From contig MCFH01000049.1 in assembly GCA_002104945.1 (NCBI GenBank), positions 357,780 to 421,779 on the forward strand: a DNA stretch of 64,000 bases, given 5' to 3'. The DNA is from Piromyces finnis finn. Lineage: Eukaryota; Fungi; Neocallimastigomycota. Below the pieces are notes generated by a model. That model was not told the DNA's origin. It worked only from the letters and a program-made list of their open reading frames with translations, and did not search any database. Below are positions 42,647 through 54,116 of this stretch, in pieces. Position numbers and translations under genes: made by a program. The number at the start of each line of letters is the position of its first letter. Positions within the stretch are counted from its first letter, which is position 1.

Positions 42647-43236
42647 AAACTTTCTTAATACCATGGATTACAATTTATTCAAAGGCCCTTCTCTCAATGG
42701 ATCCAACTTTAACGCCTGGTACAACCGTACCAAGAATACTTTGACTGCATTTCAACTTAGTCAATATATTGAATCTGACGTCATTAATAATTTAAAGAAA
42801 AATAATACTACTCCGGATGTTTTAAACAATGCCAGAATCGAAAATGCCAAAGCCCTCGGTATCATTTATGGAAGTATAGATGACAACATTCATAACTACC
42901 TAAGAGGACTTAATACAGCTTATGAAGTCATGAACAAGTTAACTAAACTGTTTAAACAAGACGATGCTGTAAACCTTGAAGCCTGGTTAAATAAGATTAA
43001 CAATATGAAGGCTAGAAATGAAAAAGAAATTATAAAAACTCTGAGCAATATGATGGAACTTTTTAGATTAATGGAATCAAATAATTCAAAACTTACCGAA
43101 ACAGAAAAAATGCGGTACATGTATAACTCATTACCCAGCAATATTAGAAATATTATAATCCTATCAAACACTTACAATACTTCATCAGAATTATTCAACT
43201 CTATCAAAGAAAGAATTAAAACTATGAACCATGCCG

Positions 43237-43458
43237 TGACACGTGATCAAATTGACTATAAGAGGCTTAGCATTGTAGTTGTGAAATATCGTACAACGAC
43301 ATGCATCTAATGTACATGGATTAAGTGAGCGTCGAAGCTGAAGAAACAGTATGACAGACCAGGAGGGTCACAACCACCTAGCAATAGGAATGAGCCAACG
43401 TTTCTCTAAGAACCACCATTGGAGCTAACTCTGATCGATGGGAGAAATGCACTCGGAA

Positions 43459-43491
<33 letters not shown>
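43237..43491 (+). mobile_element. 5'-truncated non-LTR (LINE-type) 3' fragment inserted in Copia gag
   Basis: 13-bp TSD ATGAACCATGCCG (43224-43236, 43492-43504). About 30-A tail. Contains GCTGAAGAAACAGTATGACAGACCAGGAGGGTCA, similar to the end of the 11-15 kb LINE ORF. Confidence 0.9.
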
Positions 43492-43494
<3 letters not shown>

Positions 43495-46400
43495 AACCAT
43501 GCCGATGAAATAACACCTCCAAAAATATTTATAAATAGTGAAGATAAAATGGATATCGATTACCTTGATAAATTTTTCCATAAAAATAAAAATAATAATT
43601 TTAGAAAGGATTTTAAACAAAATAAATACTGCGATATTTGCAAAAAGAATAATCACAATACTGAAAACTGCTACTATAATTCAAAAAATAATAATAATAG
43701 AAAATCAAGCCACAATACAAGAAGGTCAAGCCACAAATCATACCACAATAGTCAATATAATAAATTTAATGGAAAAGTAAACAATATCTCATACGATATT
43801 AACAAGCAAAATATTAATAATTACAATGATAATTTTACACTAGATGAACTTAGACCGATACTAGAAAAACACAATATAAATTCCATTCAAATAAACAATG
43901 GTTTAAATAAGAATATAAATAAATATCATACATGTTGGATATACGATACAGGTGCGTCAGAACATGCTACAAATAATAAAAATATCCTCAAGAATTTTCG
44001 CTATAAGAAAATTAAAATGAACTGTGCTAACAATACAGTATGCTACTTTGATGGATTCGGTACATACGAAGGATATATAAATAATTATCCGATAAAATTA
44101 GCCAACGTATACTATTCTAAACAATTAAACAAAAATTTAATTAGCGGAATTAAACTTAGTAACTCTGGATTTAAAAGTACTATAAGTCAAGAAAATAATA
44201 AACCATATATCATAATTAAATCTCAAGATAACAAGAACATTTACAAAACTTTCTCAAACAATGATAATAGCTTTCTTATTCATACTAAAAACAAAGAATT
44301 CAATTATAAGCAAATATTCAATATCAATACTTCAAATTTTAATGAAACATTATGGCATAATCGACTTGCTCATTACTATAATAAAGATCTCAAAAAATAT
44401 TTAATTGATCACAATATTTCCAAAAATTTTTGTAATGAATGCAAAGCCAGCAAATTAAAAAGGAAGCCCCACAATAAAATTACTCCTAAAGCTTCCGAAA
44501 TCAATGAAGTTATCCACTCAGATATTATTGGCCCACTTACCGAATCTGTTAATAAAAAGAAATATATTCTTACTTTCATTGACGATTTTTCAAGACACTC
44601 TTGGATATATCTACTTTCTTCTAAAGCTGAAGCTCCTAAAATAATTACTGAATTTTTAACCCTTATTAATAACCAATCAAATGATCACAAAGTTAAATAT
44701 TTCAAAAGTGATAATGGTAAAGAATACACTAACAAAAAGGTTATTAAATTCTGCAAAAAACATGGAATTATCAAATTATTTTCTCCTCCTTACAACCCAG
44801 AAAATAACGGAATTGCAGAAAGGTTCAACCAAACAATCATTTCTTCAACCAAAACTTTACTATATTGGAGCAAACTTAGTCTTAATTTTTGGAATTTTGC
44901 TGTACAATATTCTAATTATATTTATAATTTAGTTCCTCACCAAAGCATTTCAAATCATATTCCATACGAAATTTATAATGGTAAAAAAGCTAATATTAAC
45001 CATATCAAAGTCTTTGGATGCATTTGCGAATACAAAATTTTTAATCAAAACAAAAATAAGTTATCACCAAATACTGCTAAAGGCATATTTTTAGGATTTA
45101 ATACAAATGCGAATTCATATATAATAATGGACTATAATAAACAAACCATACATCTGGTTAGAGAAGCCTACTTCCACGAAGATACTCCTGCTAACTACTC
45201 TGCTGACTCCGAATCAACAATTAAAGATCCATACGATTTTAATTCTTATGTCCCAATGGTTAATGACAGTTCTACTAAGTTCGACCCTCCAGAGTTCGAT
45301 TCCGCCAACAGTACCAATTCAGAAATTTTTAATTATAACCCAATCACAAATATTTCACCTAACCCTTCAGATAATTTAAATGAATTTTCAGGTACTACAT
45401 CAAAATTTTCTGGTGAAACATCAAAAATTTTATCCAATTCAAATAATGAAAATTTTAATTTAAATAATCAAAATTTTAATAACAAAATTTCAAATTCTGA
45501 AAATGATTATAATCTTGAAATTTCAAAAAACATTTCAAGAAATTTCTCGTCAAATAATGAGTTTAACACACCAAATGATAATTATAATGACACAGACACA
45601 TCTAATGATATCAACGTTAATTATAATAATCAAATTTCTCCAACTCCAACAAATAATGATCTCGAAACTCATGATGAATTTCTTAATACAAATTATTTTC
45701 CTTCAAATAATTTTAATAATTCGACTCCTATCATAAAAAATAATAATTTTAATAATTTTTCAAATAATCCAACTAATTTTTACGACCAATTTTCCACATT
45801 TAATACAGATACAAATCATAAAATTCCTAAAAGAACTACCAGTCCACCTATTAATCCAAATCTCAAAAGACTTAATTCTTATTCTTACCCTAAAATTGAT
45901 TCTATTTCTTCAATACATACATCAATTCCTATAACCTATCAAGATGCATTATCAAATGCTAATAGTGACAAATGGATTAATGCTATTAATGATGAACTTA
46001 ACAATCTTTATAGAAATAAAACTATGACATTCGTTAAAAATCTTCCCAAAGGTAAAAATGTTGTTACCACCAAATGGATTTTCACTATTAAAACAGATGA
46101 AAATAATAACATTACTAAATATAAAGCACGTATTGTAGCTAGAGGTTACACACAAAAATATGGCATTGATTTTGAATTTACATACTCTCCAACTTTAAAT
46201 TTTGATATTATTAAACTTCTTCTTGCTATTTCAGCCAAATTTAAATGGAACGTTTACCAATTGGACATCAAATCTGCCTACCTCCATGCAAATCTAGATA
46301 CTGAAATTTATACAACTATTCCCGAAGGTGATAAAAACTATGGTAAAGGATTTTGGAAACTGAATAAAGCTCTATACGGACTCAAACAAAGCGGAAGACA

Positions 46401-47092
46401 ATGGAATGAATACATTTCTACTTTTCTTATTAATCATGGATTTTCTCAATGCACTTCAGACTATTGTATTTTCTTTAAAACTTTTGATAACCAAATTTCT
46501 TGCATTATTGGACTTTATGTCGATGATATGATTATTTGTGGAACAAATCTTGAACTTATAAGTATAATCTCACAAATTAAATCTAAATTTAAAATTTCTA
46601 ACTGTCAACCTATCCATTATTTATTAGGTATTAAAATTGAAAACAATAATTTTTCTTATTCTATTTCACAAAAACATGTTATTGAAAATATTTTAGACCA
46701 ATATAATCTTAATAACTGCAGATCTCGAAAAACACCATGTACTGGTGATAATGATTCTGAAAACACTAAACGATTTGATACGACTATTTACAAAAGTTTA
46801 ATTGGTTCTCTTATTTATATTGCTAGATGTACAAGACCAGATATTTCTTTTGCTGTTCACAAAGCTGCTCGAAAATCTGAACAACCTACTATTTCCGACT
46901 ACAACAAAGTTATAAATATTATCAAGTATCTTAAAACTACTATAGACTACAAAATTACTTATGATGGTAATGGAAAAATTATTGCATTCACTGATGCTGA
47001 TTTTGGGGGAGATAAGACGGATGGAAAATCAACATCAGGATATATAATTCTTATGGAAAATAATCCAATATGTTGGTGCTCAAATAAACAAC

Positions 47093-47698
47093 TGTAAAGA
47101 TATCAAACGCCTCTGTTTGATATCTTTAATGTAACTTAAGCCACAAGTATTATTGTTTAAGTTACACAAATTATATTCAGAAAAAGAAAATGAGACATAA
47201 TTTATTTATTAATAATTAAAGTTTAAAACAAAATAAATTATTAATTTATTTTTAATGTTTAACAAGCAAATTAATATTCTCAATTTAAATCCCTAGTTTT
47301 AGTATTGTTTTTTTATAGAAATAGATAAATAATAAATGATTAATATATCAATAATACATGGGCACATATTCAAATTAAATAGTACTTAATTTGAATTGCC
47401 AATTGTATTTTACTAAAAATAGTTATAGTTTAAATATTTATTAATAATTAAGATTTTAGTGTAGATTTTAAATAATAATATATAAGAAATAAATAGTTAT
47501 AATATAATATAAATGTATTTAGGAAAAATATAAATAGAAGATATTTTTCATCATTTTATCGATGTAATTGTTATTATTAAAATTCTATTATAATAAAAGA
47601 TATTTTATAAAACAATTTTTTATTTTATTTTTTCAAAATCTTGTGTTATTGTAATAGAATAGATATCCTAATCTATTCTTTCAGTGTTCAACATTACA
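47093..47698 (+). repeat. Gypsy 5' LTR
   Basis: TGTAAAGA...CATTACA, matches 52788-53393. Confidence 0.96.
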
Positions 47699-47709
47699 AT
47701 AACAATTAC
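47699..47709 (+). promoter_or_regulatory. Self-priming-type PBS (11 nt)
   Basis: ATAACAATTAC is the exact reverse complement of LTR positions 47564-47574 (GTAATTGTTAT), which lie about 28 nt after a TATAAATA box at 47529-47536. Confidence 0.75.
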
Positions 47710-47987
47710 CTAACATACAAATAAGAGTACGTTAGGATATCTTGGATAACTACTGATAACTTTGGGAACTACCAGGTATTTTGGATAACTACTGATATCT
47801 TTTGAAACTACCAGATATTTTGGATAACTACTGATATCTTTTGGAACTACCGGATATCTTGGATAACTACTAGTGTCTTTGTGAGCTACCATTTTTATAA
47901 ATTTATTCTATTATCTTGCTCGACACTGTAACATACAGAGAGAGTCTGAAGCAACGTTTTAGTATAGATTTTTCTTTAGTTACTTTG

Positions 47988-48034
<47 letters not shown>
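47710..48034 (+). mobile_element. Poly(A)-tailed non-coding insertion (SINE-like or LINE 3' fragment) in the Gypsy leader
   Basis: About 43-45 A tail starting at 47992. Probable 6-bp TSD AATTAC (47704-47709, 48035-48040). Internal 39-bp tandem repeats. Confidence 0.65.
47737..47890. repeat. Four copies of a 39-bp minisatellite
   Basis: Units start at 47737, 47776, 47815 and 47854. Consensus ATATTTTGGATAACTACTGATATCTTTTGGAACTACCAG, built from two ~20-bp sub-repeats. Confidence 0.9.
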
Positions 48035-48038
<4 letters not shown>

Positions 48039-48107
48039 ACTTGCTTGTAATAGTAGCAGGAAACAATCGGTAATCTTAATTTTTTCATTTAGTGTCTAGT
48101 TGGTGAA

Positions 48108-51100
48108 TTGGAGGAATTAATAAATATATTTGATAATTGGAATTTGGAGGAAATGACGGATAGAATGGAGAATGCTGCTGGGAATCATGGAAGCATTATT
48201 AATGCTCCACCATTATTCACTGGTAGGCAAAGGGAATTAGATGGTTTTTTAACCAGAGTGGAATTGGTTTTCCGAACTCGACCGGCACTGTATAATACAG
48301 ATCGCGTCCGGGTTGACTTCGTTATTTCCTACTTCTCTGGGAAACCGTTGGAATGGGCTTCATCACTAATGCGGAATAATAGTGGGATATTAAACAATTA
48401 TGATGAATTTATAGATCGTTTGAGGGCTAATTTCGGATGTGACCGTTATGATACTGTTGTTGCGAATGGTAAATTAGACAACATCCGACAAAAAAAACTT
48501 GGATATGTTGTTGATTATATTACCGAGTTTCAAAGAATAAGCCAAAATTCAAACTTTAATGAAAGTGCAAAGATCTATATGTTTCTGAAAGGTTTAAACC
48601 CACAGTTAAGAGAAAAGTTGGCTTTTGTTGAAACCAATCCAAATTCAATGGAACAGTTAATATCTTCAACAATTTTGGTTGAAGATATGATGAAAAGAAA
48701 TTCTTTAAGTGAATTCTATTTTAACAATAGGATTGCGGGAGATCCTATGGATGTTGATGTTTTTAAAATTAGTGCGGATAGGAAACGTAAGCGTTATATC
48801 AACATTCAAGGATCCAGCGGTCGTTATGAGGAGAGATCAAATAATTTTGAAGAAGAAAGAAAAAAGGGTGTTTGTTTTCTTTGCAAGAAACCAGGACATT
48901 TGAAATTCAATTGTCCTAATAGAGTTAAACCAAAAAGAGTATTCCGGATTATTAAGGAAAAGACTCCTAGAATTGCTAATCCAAGGATTTATAAAGTGGG
49001 AGTCATGGATAGCAAAAAAGACGTAAATATTATCGATTTTTATTTAAGTACAAACAATATTCCGGAAGTTAAAGTTAGAGTGTTAGTTGATTCAGGATCC
49101 GAATTAAGTTTTATTAATCCTGAACTTGCTAAAGAAATTGGAATTCATTTTGAAACTGTTGAGCCTTTCCGAGTTTCAGGAGTTAACGATGGGATTTCTT
49201 GTGTAATGGAACGGAGTGAAAAGTGCATATTAAGATGTAGAAATCATTTTGAAACTATTCAATTATATAGTTTAAAGGTTCCTGGTGTCGACGTAATTCT
49301 TGGACTACCATGGATTAAAAAGCACAATCCTGAGGCTTTTTATGATTCCAAGAAAATCAATTTTAGTTCGGGATATTGCGCTAGACACTGTAACCATGGG
49401 AAAAGAAATAGAAAAAGTAAGAAGAAATCTAAGAAGGACGAATTAGACCATGAAGTCCTCGACAAAAGTATTATGAAAAAATCGGCTAAATCCATCGGTC
49501 TCTCGGATAATGCAAACACCTCGAATAATGAAGACAAGGAGTACGTTAGAGGACGCCTAGTAAGAACTATTAATGATGAAGAAGACAGCGAAGATGACGG
49601 AGACAATTATAATAAAAAAGTTAAATGTATAATTAGTAAAATTAGTGAAACATGTAATAGTAATAATAAATGTAATTATGAATGTAATGAAAATAGTCTT
49701 AGTTTAATAGAAACAAAGATTAAGAATAATGAATTAAATAAAGAAAAAATGGTCACCGTACCATCCGAATATATTGAATTTTTAGAAGTGTTTAACGAAA
49801 AAAATTGTGAAGTGTTACCTCCTCATAGACCTTATGATTGTGAAATCAAGCTTAAGGATGATTCAACTTTATTTTATGGACCCTTGTATCCATTAACTGA
49901 AGTTGAAAGAGAGGAACTTAAAAAATATATAGATGAAAATTTAAATAAGGGTTTTATTAGGAAATCATCGTCTCCTGCAGGGGCTCCAATTTTGTTTGTT
50001 AAAAAGAAGGATGGCTCCCTGAGACTTTGTATTGATTATAGAAAGTTGAATGACATTACCATTCGTAATTCATATCCTTTACCTTTAATTAGTGACCTTC
50101 TGGAAAGAGTGAAAAATGCTAAAATTTTCACTAAATTAGATCTCAAATCTGCTTATAATCTTATTCGTATTAAAGAAGGTGACGAATACAAAACAGCTTT
50201 TCGTACTAGGTATGGTCATTATGAATATCTAGTTATGCCTTTTGGATTAAAGAATGCACCTGCAACTTTTCAACACTTTATTAACGATGTTCTCAGTGAT
50301 TACTTAGACGATTTTGTTATCTCGTATATTGATGATATCCTTATTTATTCTAATAATATCGAAGAGCATCATGAGCATGTTAAAAAGGTACTTAAGAAAC
50401 TACTTGAAAATAATCTTTATGTTAAATTAGAAAAATGTGAGTTTGATGTTGAGAAAACCACTTTTCTTGGTTATGTCATTTCAAAGGATGGATTGCAAAT
50501 GGATGAAAATAAAGTTAAAGCAATTCTCGATTGGCCGGTTCCCAAGAATGTTAAAGAGGTTCAGTCTTTTATTGGTTTATGCAACTATTACAGAATTTTT
50601 ATTAAAGACTTTGCTAAAATTGCAAACCCTCTTCACAAACTCACTAGAAAGAATGTTGCTTTTAACTGGGTGAAAGAAGATCAGGACGCTTTTATTTTAT
50701 TAAAATCTCTGTTCACGTCAGCTCCTATTCTGAAACATGCGGATAGTAATAAACAATTTATTGTAGAAACTGATGCTAGTAATTATGCTGTCGGTGCTAT
50801 TCTCTCTCAAGAATTTGATGGCAAATTACATCCTATTGCATTTCTTTCTAAAAGTTTGACGAGTTGTCAAAGAAACTATCCTATATATGACAAGGAACTT
50901 TTAGCTATTGTAATTGCTCTTGAAGAATGGCGTCATTATTTAGAAGGTGCACGCCATCCGTTCATAATTTATACTGATCACAAGAATTTAACATTTCCTA
51001 GAAAACCTGAAATGTTATCTCAGAGACAAATTAGATGGAATTTGTTCTTATCCAGATTTGATTTTAAACTCATTTATAGAGCTGGAAAGAAATCCGGTAA

Positions 51101-52751
51101 GCCTGATATCCTGTCTCGTAGAAGTGACCATTTAGAGAATAATATTAATTCTGATGTTTCTTGTCTTACTATTTCGTTTCATCATAGCGATAACAAACCG
51201 TTAATCGATTCTATTTTATTAGAACTTAAAAATGACGATTTGTATAATTCTATTGTCCAATTTAAAATGAATGGTTCTGCATGTAATGCACCTATTAAAA
51301 ATATTGATAAAGTTATTATTGATAATGAAGGATTTTTGTTATATAATAATCTTATTTATGTTCCTAAATCTCTTAGGACAAGAGTTTTGGAACTTCATCA
51401 TGATTCTGTTGCTGCTGGTCATTTCGGTATTAAGAAAACCACTGAACTGATTTCCAGAAACTTTTGGTGGCCAAGGTTTCATTCAGACGTTAAATCTTTT
51501 ATCAAATCTTGCGTGACTTGTTGCAAATCCAAAGTCCCCAGACATAAGCCTTATGGACTATTATCCCCCTTGGGCACTCCCAGTAGGCCCTGGTCTGATA
51601 TTTCTATTGATTTTATTGTTGATCTTCCTAAGTCCAGAGATATGACAACTCTCATGGTTGTTGTCGATAGATTTACTAAATTTGCTCACGCCATTCCTTT
51701 ACGTTGTCTTCCTACTGCTTCGATTGCTGCTGATGCTTTTATTGCTAATGTCTTCCGTTTGCATGGTCTTCCTGATTCCATCATTTCTGATAGAGGCTCG
51801 CAATTTACTTCTGACTTTTGGTCAAGACTTTGTGACCTTCTTAATATCAATCATTCATTATCGACTGCCAACCATCCGCAGACAGATGGTCAAACGGAGA
51901 GGGTGAACGGCATATTAGAACAATATTTCCGTTGTTTTATAAATAAAAAGCAGAATAACTGGGTTGATCTTATCCCATTTGCTGAATTTGCATATAATAA
52001 TACTTTACAACAATCTATAAATCAATCCCCATTCTTTGCTAATTATGGTTTTCATCCAAAGTTCAGCTTAGAAATTCCAGCTAATGATAGACCTAGTAGA
52101 GCTGAACAAAGAGTAATTGATATGAATGAAAACTTTAAATTATTAAAAGAAAACTTAGAAAAAGCAAAAGAAACATATAAGAAATATGCCGATATGAAGA
52201 GAATGATTCCCCCGGAGTTCGAAGTAGGAAAGAAGGTATGGTTATTGAAAGATTCTCCTGGAACTAACCTAAAGAGAAAATTAGCACCTCAAATGCTTGG
52301 TCCATTTGAGATAATTGAAAAAGTTAGTTCTCTCGCTTTCAAATTGAAACTTCCAAAGACAATGAGATGTCATCCAGTCTTTCATGTTTCATTGTTAGAA
52401 CCATATTTTGAAAACAAGTTTAACGACAGGTCTAATCGTAGGAAGAGGAACATTCACCTTAACACAGATTTAATTGAAAAAATTCCAGAGAAAATTGAAA
52501 AGATGAAATCTGTTAATGGTGAAACATTTTATAAGTTATCATGGAAAGGATTTGACAAATCCACTTGGATTTCTGAAGATCAGATTCCAGATAAACAATT
52601 AATACAAGAGTTTGAAAGAAACTCTAAAAAGTCAAAATATAAGTCGAACGACTCCTCCATGAAAATTAGAGAGAATAAAGTTGGTAATCTAATCAAGCAT
52701 AGATACCAACCATTTGTAATTGAAATTCCTTCGAGAAAAGATTCCTTATAA
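48108..52751 (+). CDS. Gypsy single-ORF gag-pol with C-terminal chromodomain
   Basis: Capsid-like PPLFTG..LEWA, Zn knuckle CFLCKKPGHLKFNCP, protease VLVDSGS, RT LRLCIDYRKLN/YIDDILIYS, RNase H ETDASNYA/DKELLAI, integrase GHFG..CVTC/DRFTK/SDRGSQF/GQTER, chromodomain-like FYKLSWKGFDKSTWISED. The listed start is TTG and the first ATG lies slightly downstream. Confidence 0.95.
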   Translation: MEELINIFDNWNLEEMTDRMENAAGNHGSIINAPPLFTGRQRELDGFLTRVELVFRTRPALYNTDRVRVDFVISYFSGKPLEWASSLMRNNSGILNNYDEFIDRLRANFGCDRYDTVVANGKLDNIRQKKLGYVVDYITEFQRISQNSNFNESAKIYMFLKGLNPQLREKLAFVETNPNSMEQLISSTILVEDMMKRNSLSEFYFNNRIAGDPMDVDVFKISADRKRKRYINIQGSSGRYEERSNNFEEERKKGVCFLCKKPGHLKFNCPNRVKPKRVFRIIKEKTPRIANPRIYKVGVMDSKKDVNIIDFYLSTNNIPEVKVRVLVDSGSELSFINPELAKEIGIHFETVEPFRVSGVNDGISCVMERSEKCILRCRNHFETIQLYSLKVPGVDVILGLPWIKKHNPEAFYDSKKINFSSGYCARHCNHGKRNRKSKKKSKKDELDHEVLDKSIMKKSAKSIGLSDNANTSNNEDKEYVRGRLVRTINDEEDSEDDGDNYNKKVKCIISKISETCNSNNKCNYECNENSLSLIETKIKNNELNKEKMVTVPSEYIEFLEVFNEKNCEVLPPHRPYDCEIKLKDDSTLFYGPLYPLTEVEREELKKYIDENLNKGFIRKSSSPAGAPILFVKKKDGSLRLCIDYRKLNDITIRNSYPLPLISDLLERVKNAKIFTKLDLKSAYNLIRIKEGDEYKTAFRTRYGHYEYLVMPFGLKNAPATFQHFINDVLSDYLDDFVISYIDDILIYSNNIEEHHEHVKKVLKKLLENNLYVKLEKCEFDVEKTTFLGYVISKDGLQMDENKVKAILDWPVPKNVKEVQSFIGLCNYYRIFIKDFAKIANPLHKLTRKNVAFNWVKEDQDAFILLKSLFTSAPILKHADSNKQFIVETDASNYAVGAILSQEFDGKLHPIAFLSKSLTSCQRNYPIYDKELLAIVIALEEWRHYLEGARHPFIIYTDHKNLTFPRKPEMLSQRQIRWNLFLSRFDFKLIYRAGKKSGKPDILSRRSDHLENNINSDVSCLTISFHHSDNKPLIDSILLELKNDDLYNSIVQFKMNGSACNAPIKNIDKVIIDNEGFLLYNNLIYVPKSLRTRVLELHHDSVAAGHFGIKKTTELISRNFWWPRFHSDVKSFIKSCVTCCKSKVPRHKPYGLLSPLGTPSRPWSDISIDFIVDLPKSRDMTTLMVVVDRFTKFAHAIPLRCLPTASIAADAFIANVFRLHGLPDSIISDRGSQFTSDFWSRLCDLLNINHSLSTANHPQTDGQTERVNGILEQYFRCFINKKQNNWVDLIPFAEFAYNNTLQQSINQSPFFANYGFHPKFSLEIPANDRPSRAEQRVIDMNENFKLLKENLEKAKETYKKYADMKRMIPPEFEVGKKVWLLKDSPGTNLKRKLAPQMLGPFEIIEKVSSLAFKLKLPKTMRCHPVFHVSLLEPYFENKFNDRSNRRKRNIHLNTDLIEKIPEKIEKMKSVNGETFYKLSWKGFDKSTWISEDQIPDKQLIQEFERNSKKSKYKSNDSSMKIRENKVGNLIKHRYQPFVIEIPSRKDSL

Positions 52752-52787
52752 ATTAATCTCGCAGGAGCTCGACTTAGAGAGAGAGAT

Positions 52788-53393
52788 TGTAAAGATATCA
52801 AACGCCTCTGTTTGATATCTTTAATGTAACTTAAGCCACAAGTATTATTGTTTAAGTTACACAAATTATATTCAGAAAAAGAAAATGAGACATAATTTAT
52901 TTATTAATAATTAAAGTTTAAAACAAAATAAATTATTAATTTATTTTTAATGTTTAACAAGCAAATTAATATTCTCAATTTAAATCCCTAGTTTTAGTAT
53001 TGTTTTTTTATAGAAATAGATAAATAATAAATGATTAATATATCAATAATACATGGGCACATATTCAAATTAAATAGTACTTAATTTGAATTGCCAATTG
53101 TATTTTACTAAAAATAGTTATAGTTTAAATATTTATTAATAATTAAGATTTTAGTGTAGATTTTAAATAATAATATATAAGAAATAAATAGTTATAATAT
53201 AATATAAATGTATTTAGGAAAAATATAAATAGAAGATATTTTTCATCATTTTATCGATGTAATTGTTATTATTAAAATTCTATTATAATAAAAGATATTT
53301 TATAAAACAATTTTTTATTTTATTTTTTCAAAATCTTGTGTTATTGTAATAGAATAGATATCCTAATCTATTCTTTCAGTGTTCAACATTACA
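52788..53393 (+). repeat. Gypsy 3' LTR
   Basis: Matches 47093-47698. Confidence 0.96.
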
Positions 53394-53886
53394 ACAACAA
53401 ACTGTTGCTACTTCTACTGCTGAAGCCGAATATATCAGTACTACAGAATGCACTAAGAAAATTTTATACTTTAGAAATATCTTAGAAGAATTATTCAAAT
53501 TCAACGAACCTATAACTATTTATACTGACAACTTAGCAAGTAAAAGAGCAATTGAAAATGGTGAATTAAATTCCAAACTTAAACACATAAATATAAAATT
53601 TCATTTCAATAGAGACAATATTAAAAATAACAAAATTAAATTAGAATATATCGACACAAACAATATGCTAGCAGACTTTTTAACAAAAAATATTAATGGA
53701 TCAAAAATGAAAAAGTTCACTGACACTATATTTAAAAAATAACAAAATTTGCAAAAACTTATAATCAACTTTATTTTATTAATATCTTATATTTTATATT
53801 TTACATTCTACTACTTAAATTTTTCAATTTCTTAATCTCTTCAAATTTTATTTTTATTTTTCATAAAAACAAATTTGAGGGGGGAA

Positions 53887-54116
53887 TGTTAAACATTAAT
53901 AATTTAACTTAAATCTAGAAATATGTAGAATAGAATAGAATTATGTATTACTAATATATTTAGTCATAGAATATTCTCATGATAAATAATACGCCACAAT
54001 CCTTAGTATAAATAGAGAATAAATTTATGAACTATTTATGTACTTTGTAATTACCTTTTTATTAATAATATTAATAAATAAAGTTTATATTAAAAACAAT
54101 ATTATAAATTTTCTCA
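53887..54116 (+). repeat. Copia 3' LTR
   Basis: Matches 42403-42632 and follows the PPT. Confidence 0.96.

Larger units (their letters stand above)
47093..53393 (+). mobile_element. Ty3/Gypsy chromovirus inserted in Copia RNase H
   Basis: 606-bp TG..CA LTRs (47093-47698, 52788-53393) that look identical. 5-bp TSD ACAAC (47088-47092, 53394-53398). Purine tract AGAGAGAGAGA before the 3' LTR. Confidence 0.96.
42663..53742 (+). pseudogene. Copia gag-pol, interrupted twice by insertions
   Basis: Gag from 42663. Removing 43237-43504 restores the frame (KTMNHADEIT). Zn knuckle CDICKKNNHNTENC, protease WIYDTGASEH, integrase HSDIIGP/DDFSR/SDNGKEY/NGIAER, RT KARIVARGYTQ/LYVDDM. RNase H FTDADFGGD..SNKQ resumes after the Gypsy at 53399 as QTVATSTAEAEY. 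Stop at 53740-53742. Confidence 0.93.
42403..54116 (+). mobile_element. Ty1/Copia LTR retrotransposon carrying nested insertions
   Basis: 230-bp TG..CA LTRs at 42403-42632 and 53887-54116 that look identical. 5-bp TSD AGAAT (42398-42402, 54117-54121). PPT GAGGGGGGAA at 53877-53886. Domain order PR-IN-RT-RH. Confidence 0.96.

Noticed and set aside
43438-43491. MGEMHSEVKKKK as the Copia pol start
   Set aside because: It derives from the inserted element and its poly(A) tail. The true frame continues from gag at 42663.
47737-47890. 39-bp repeats as a CRISPR array
   Set aside because: The units are directly adjacent with no unique spacers, there are no cas genes, and the context is eukaryotic.
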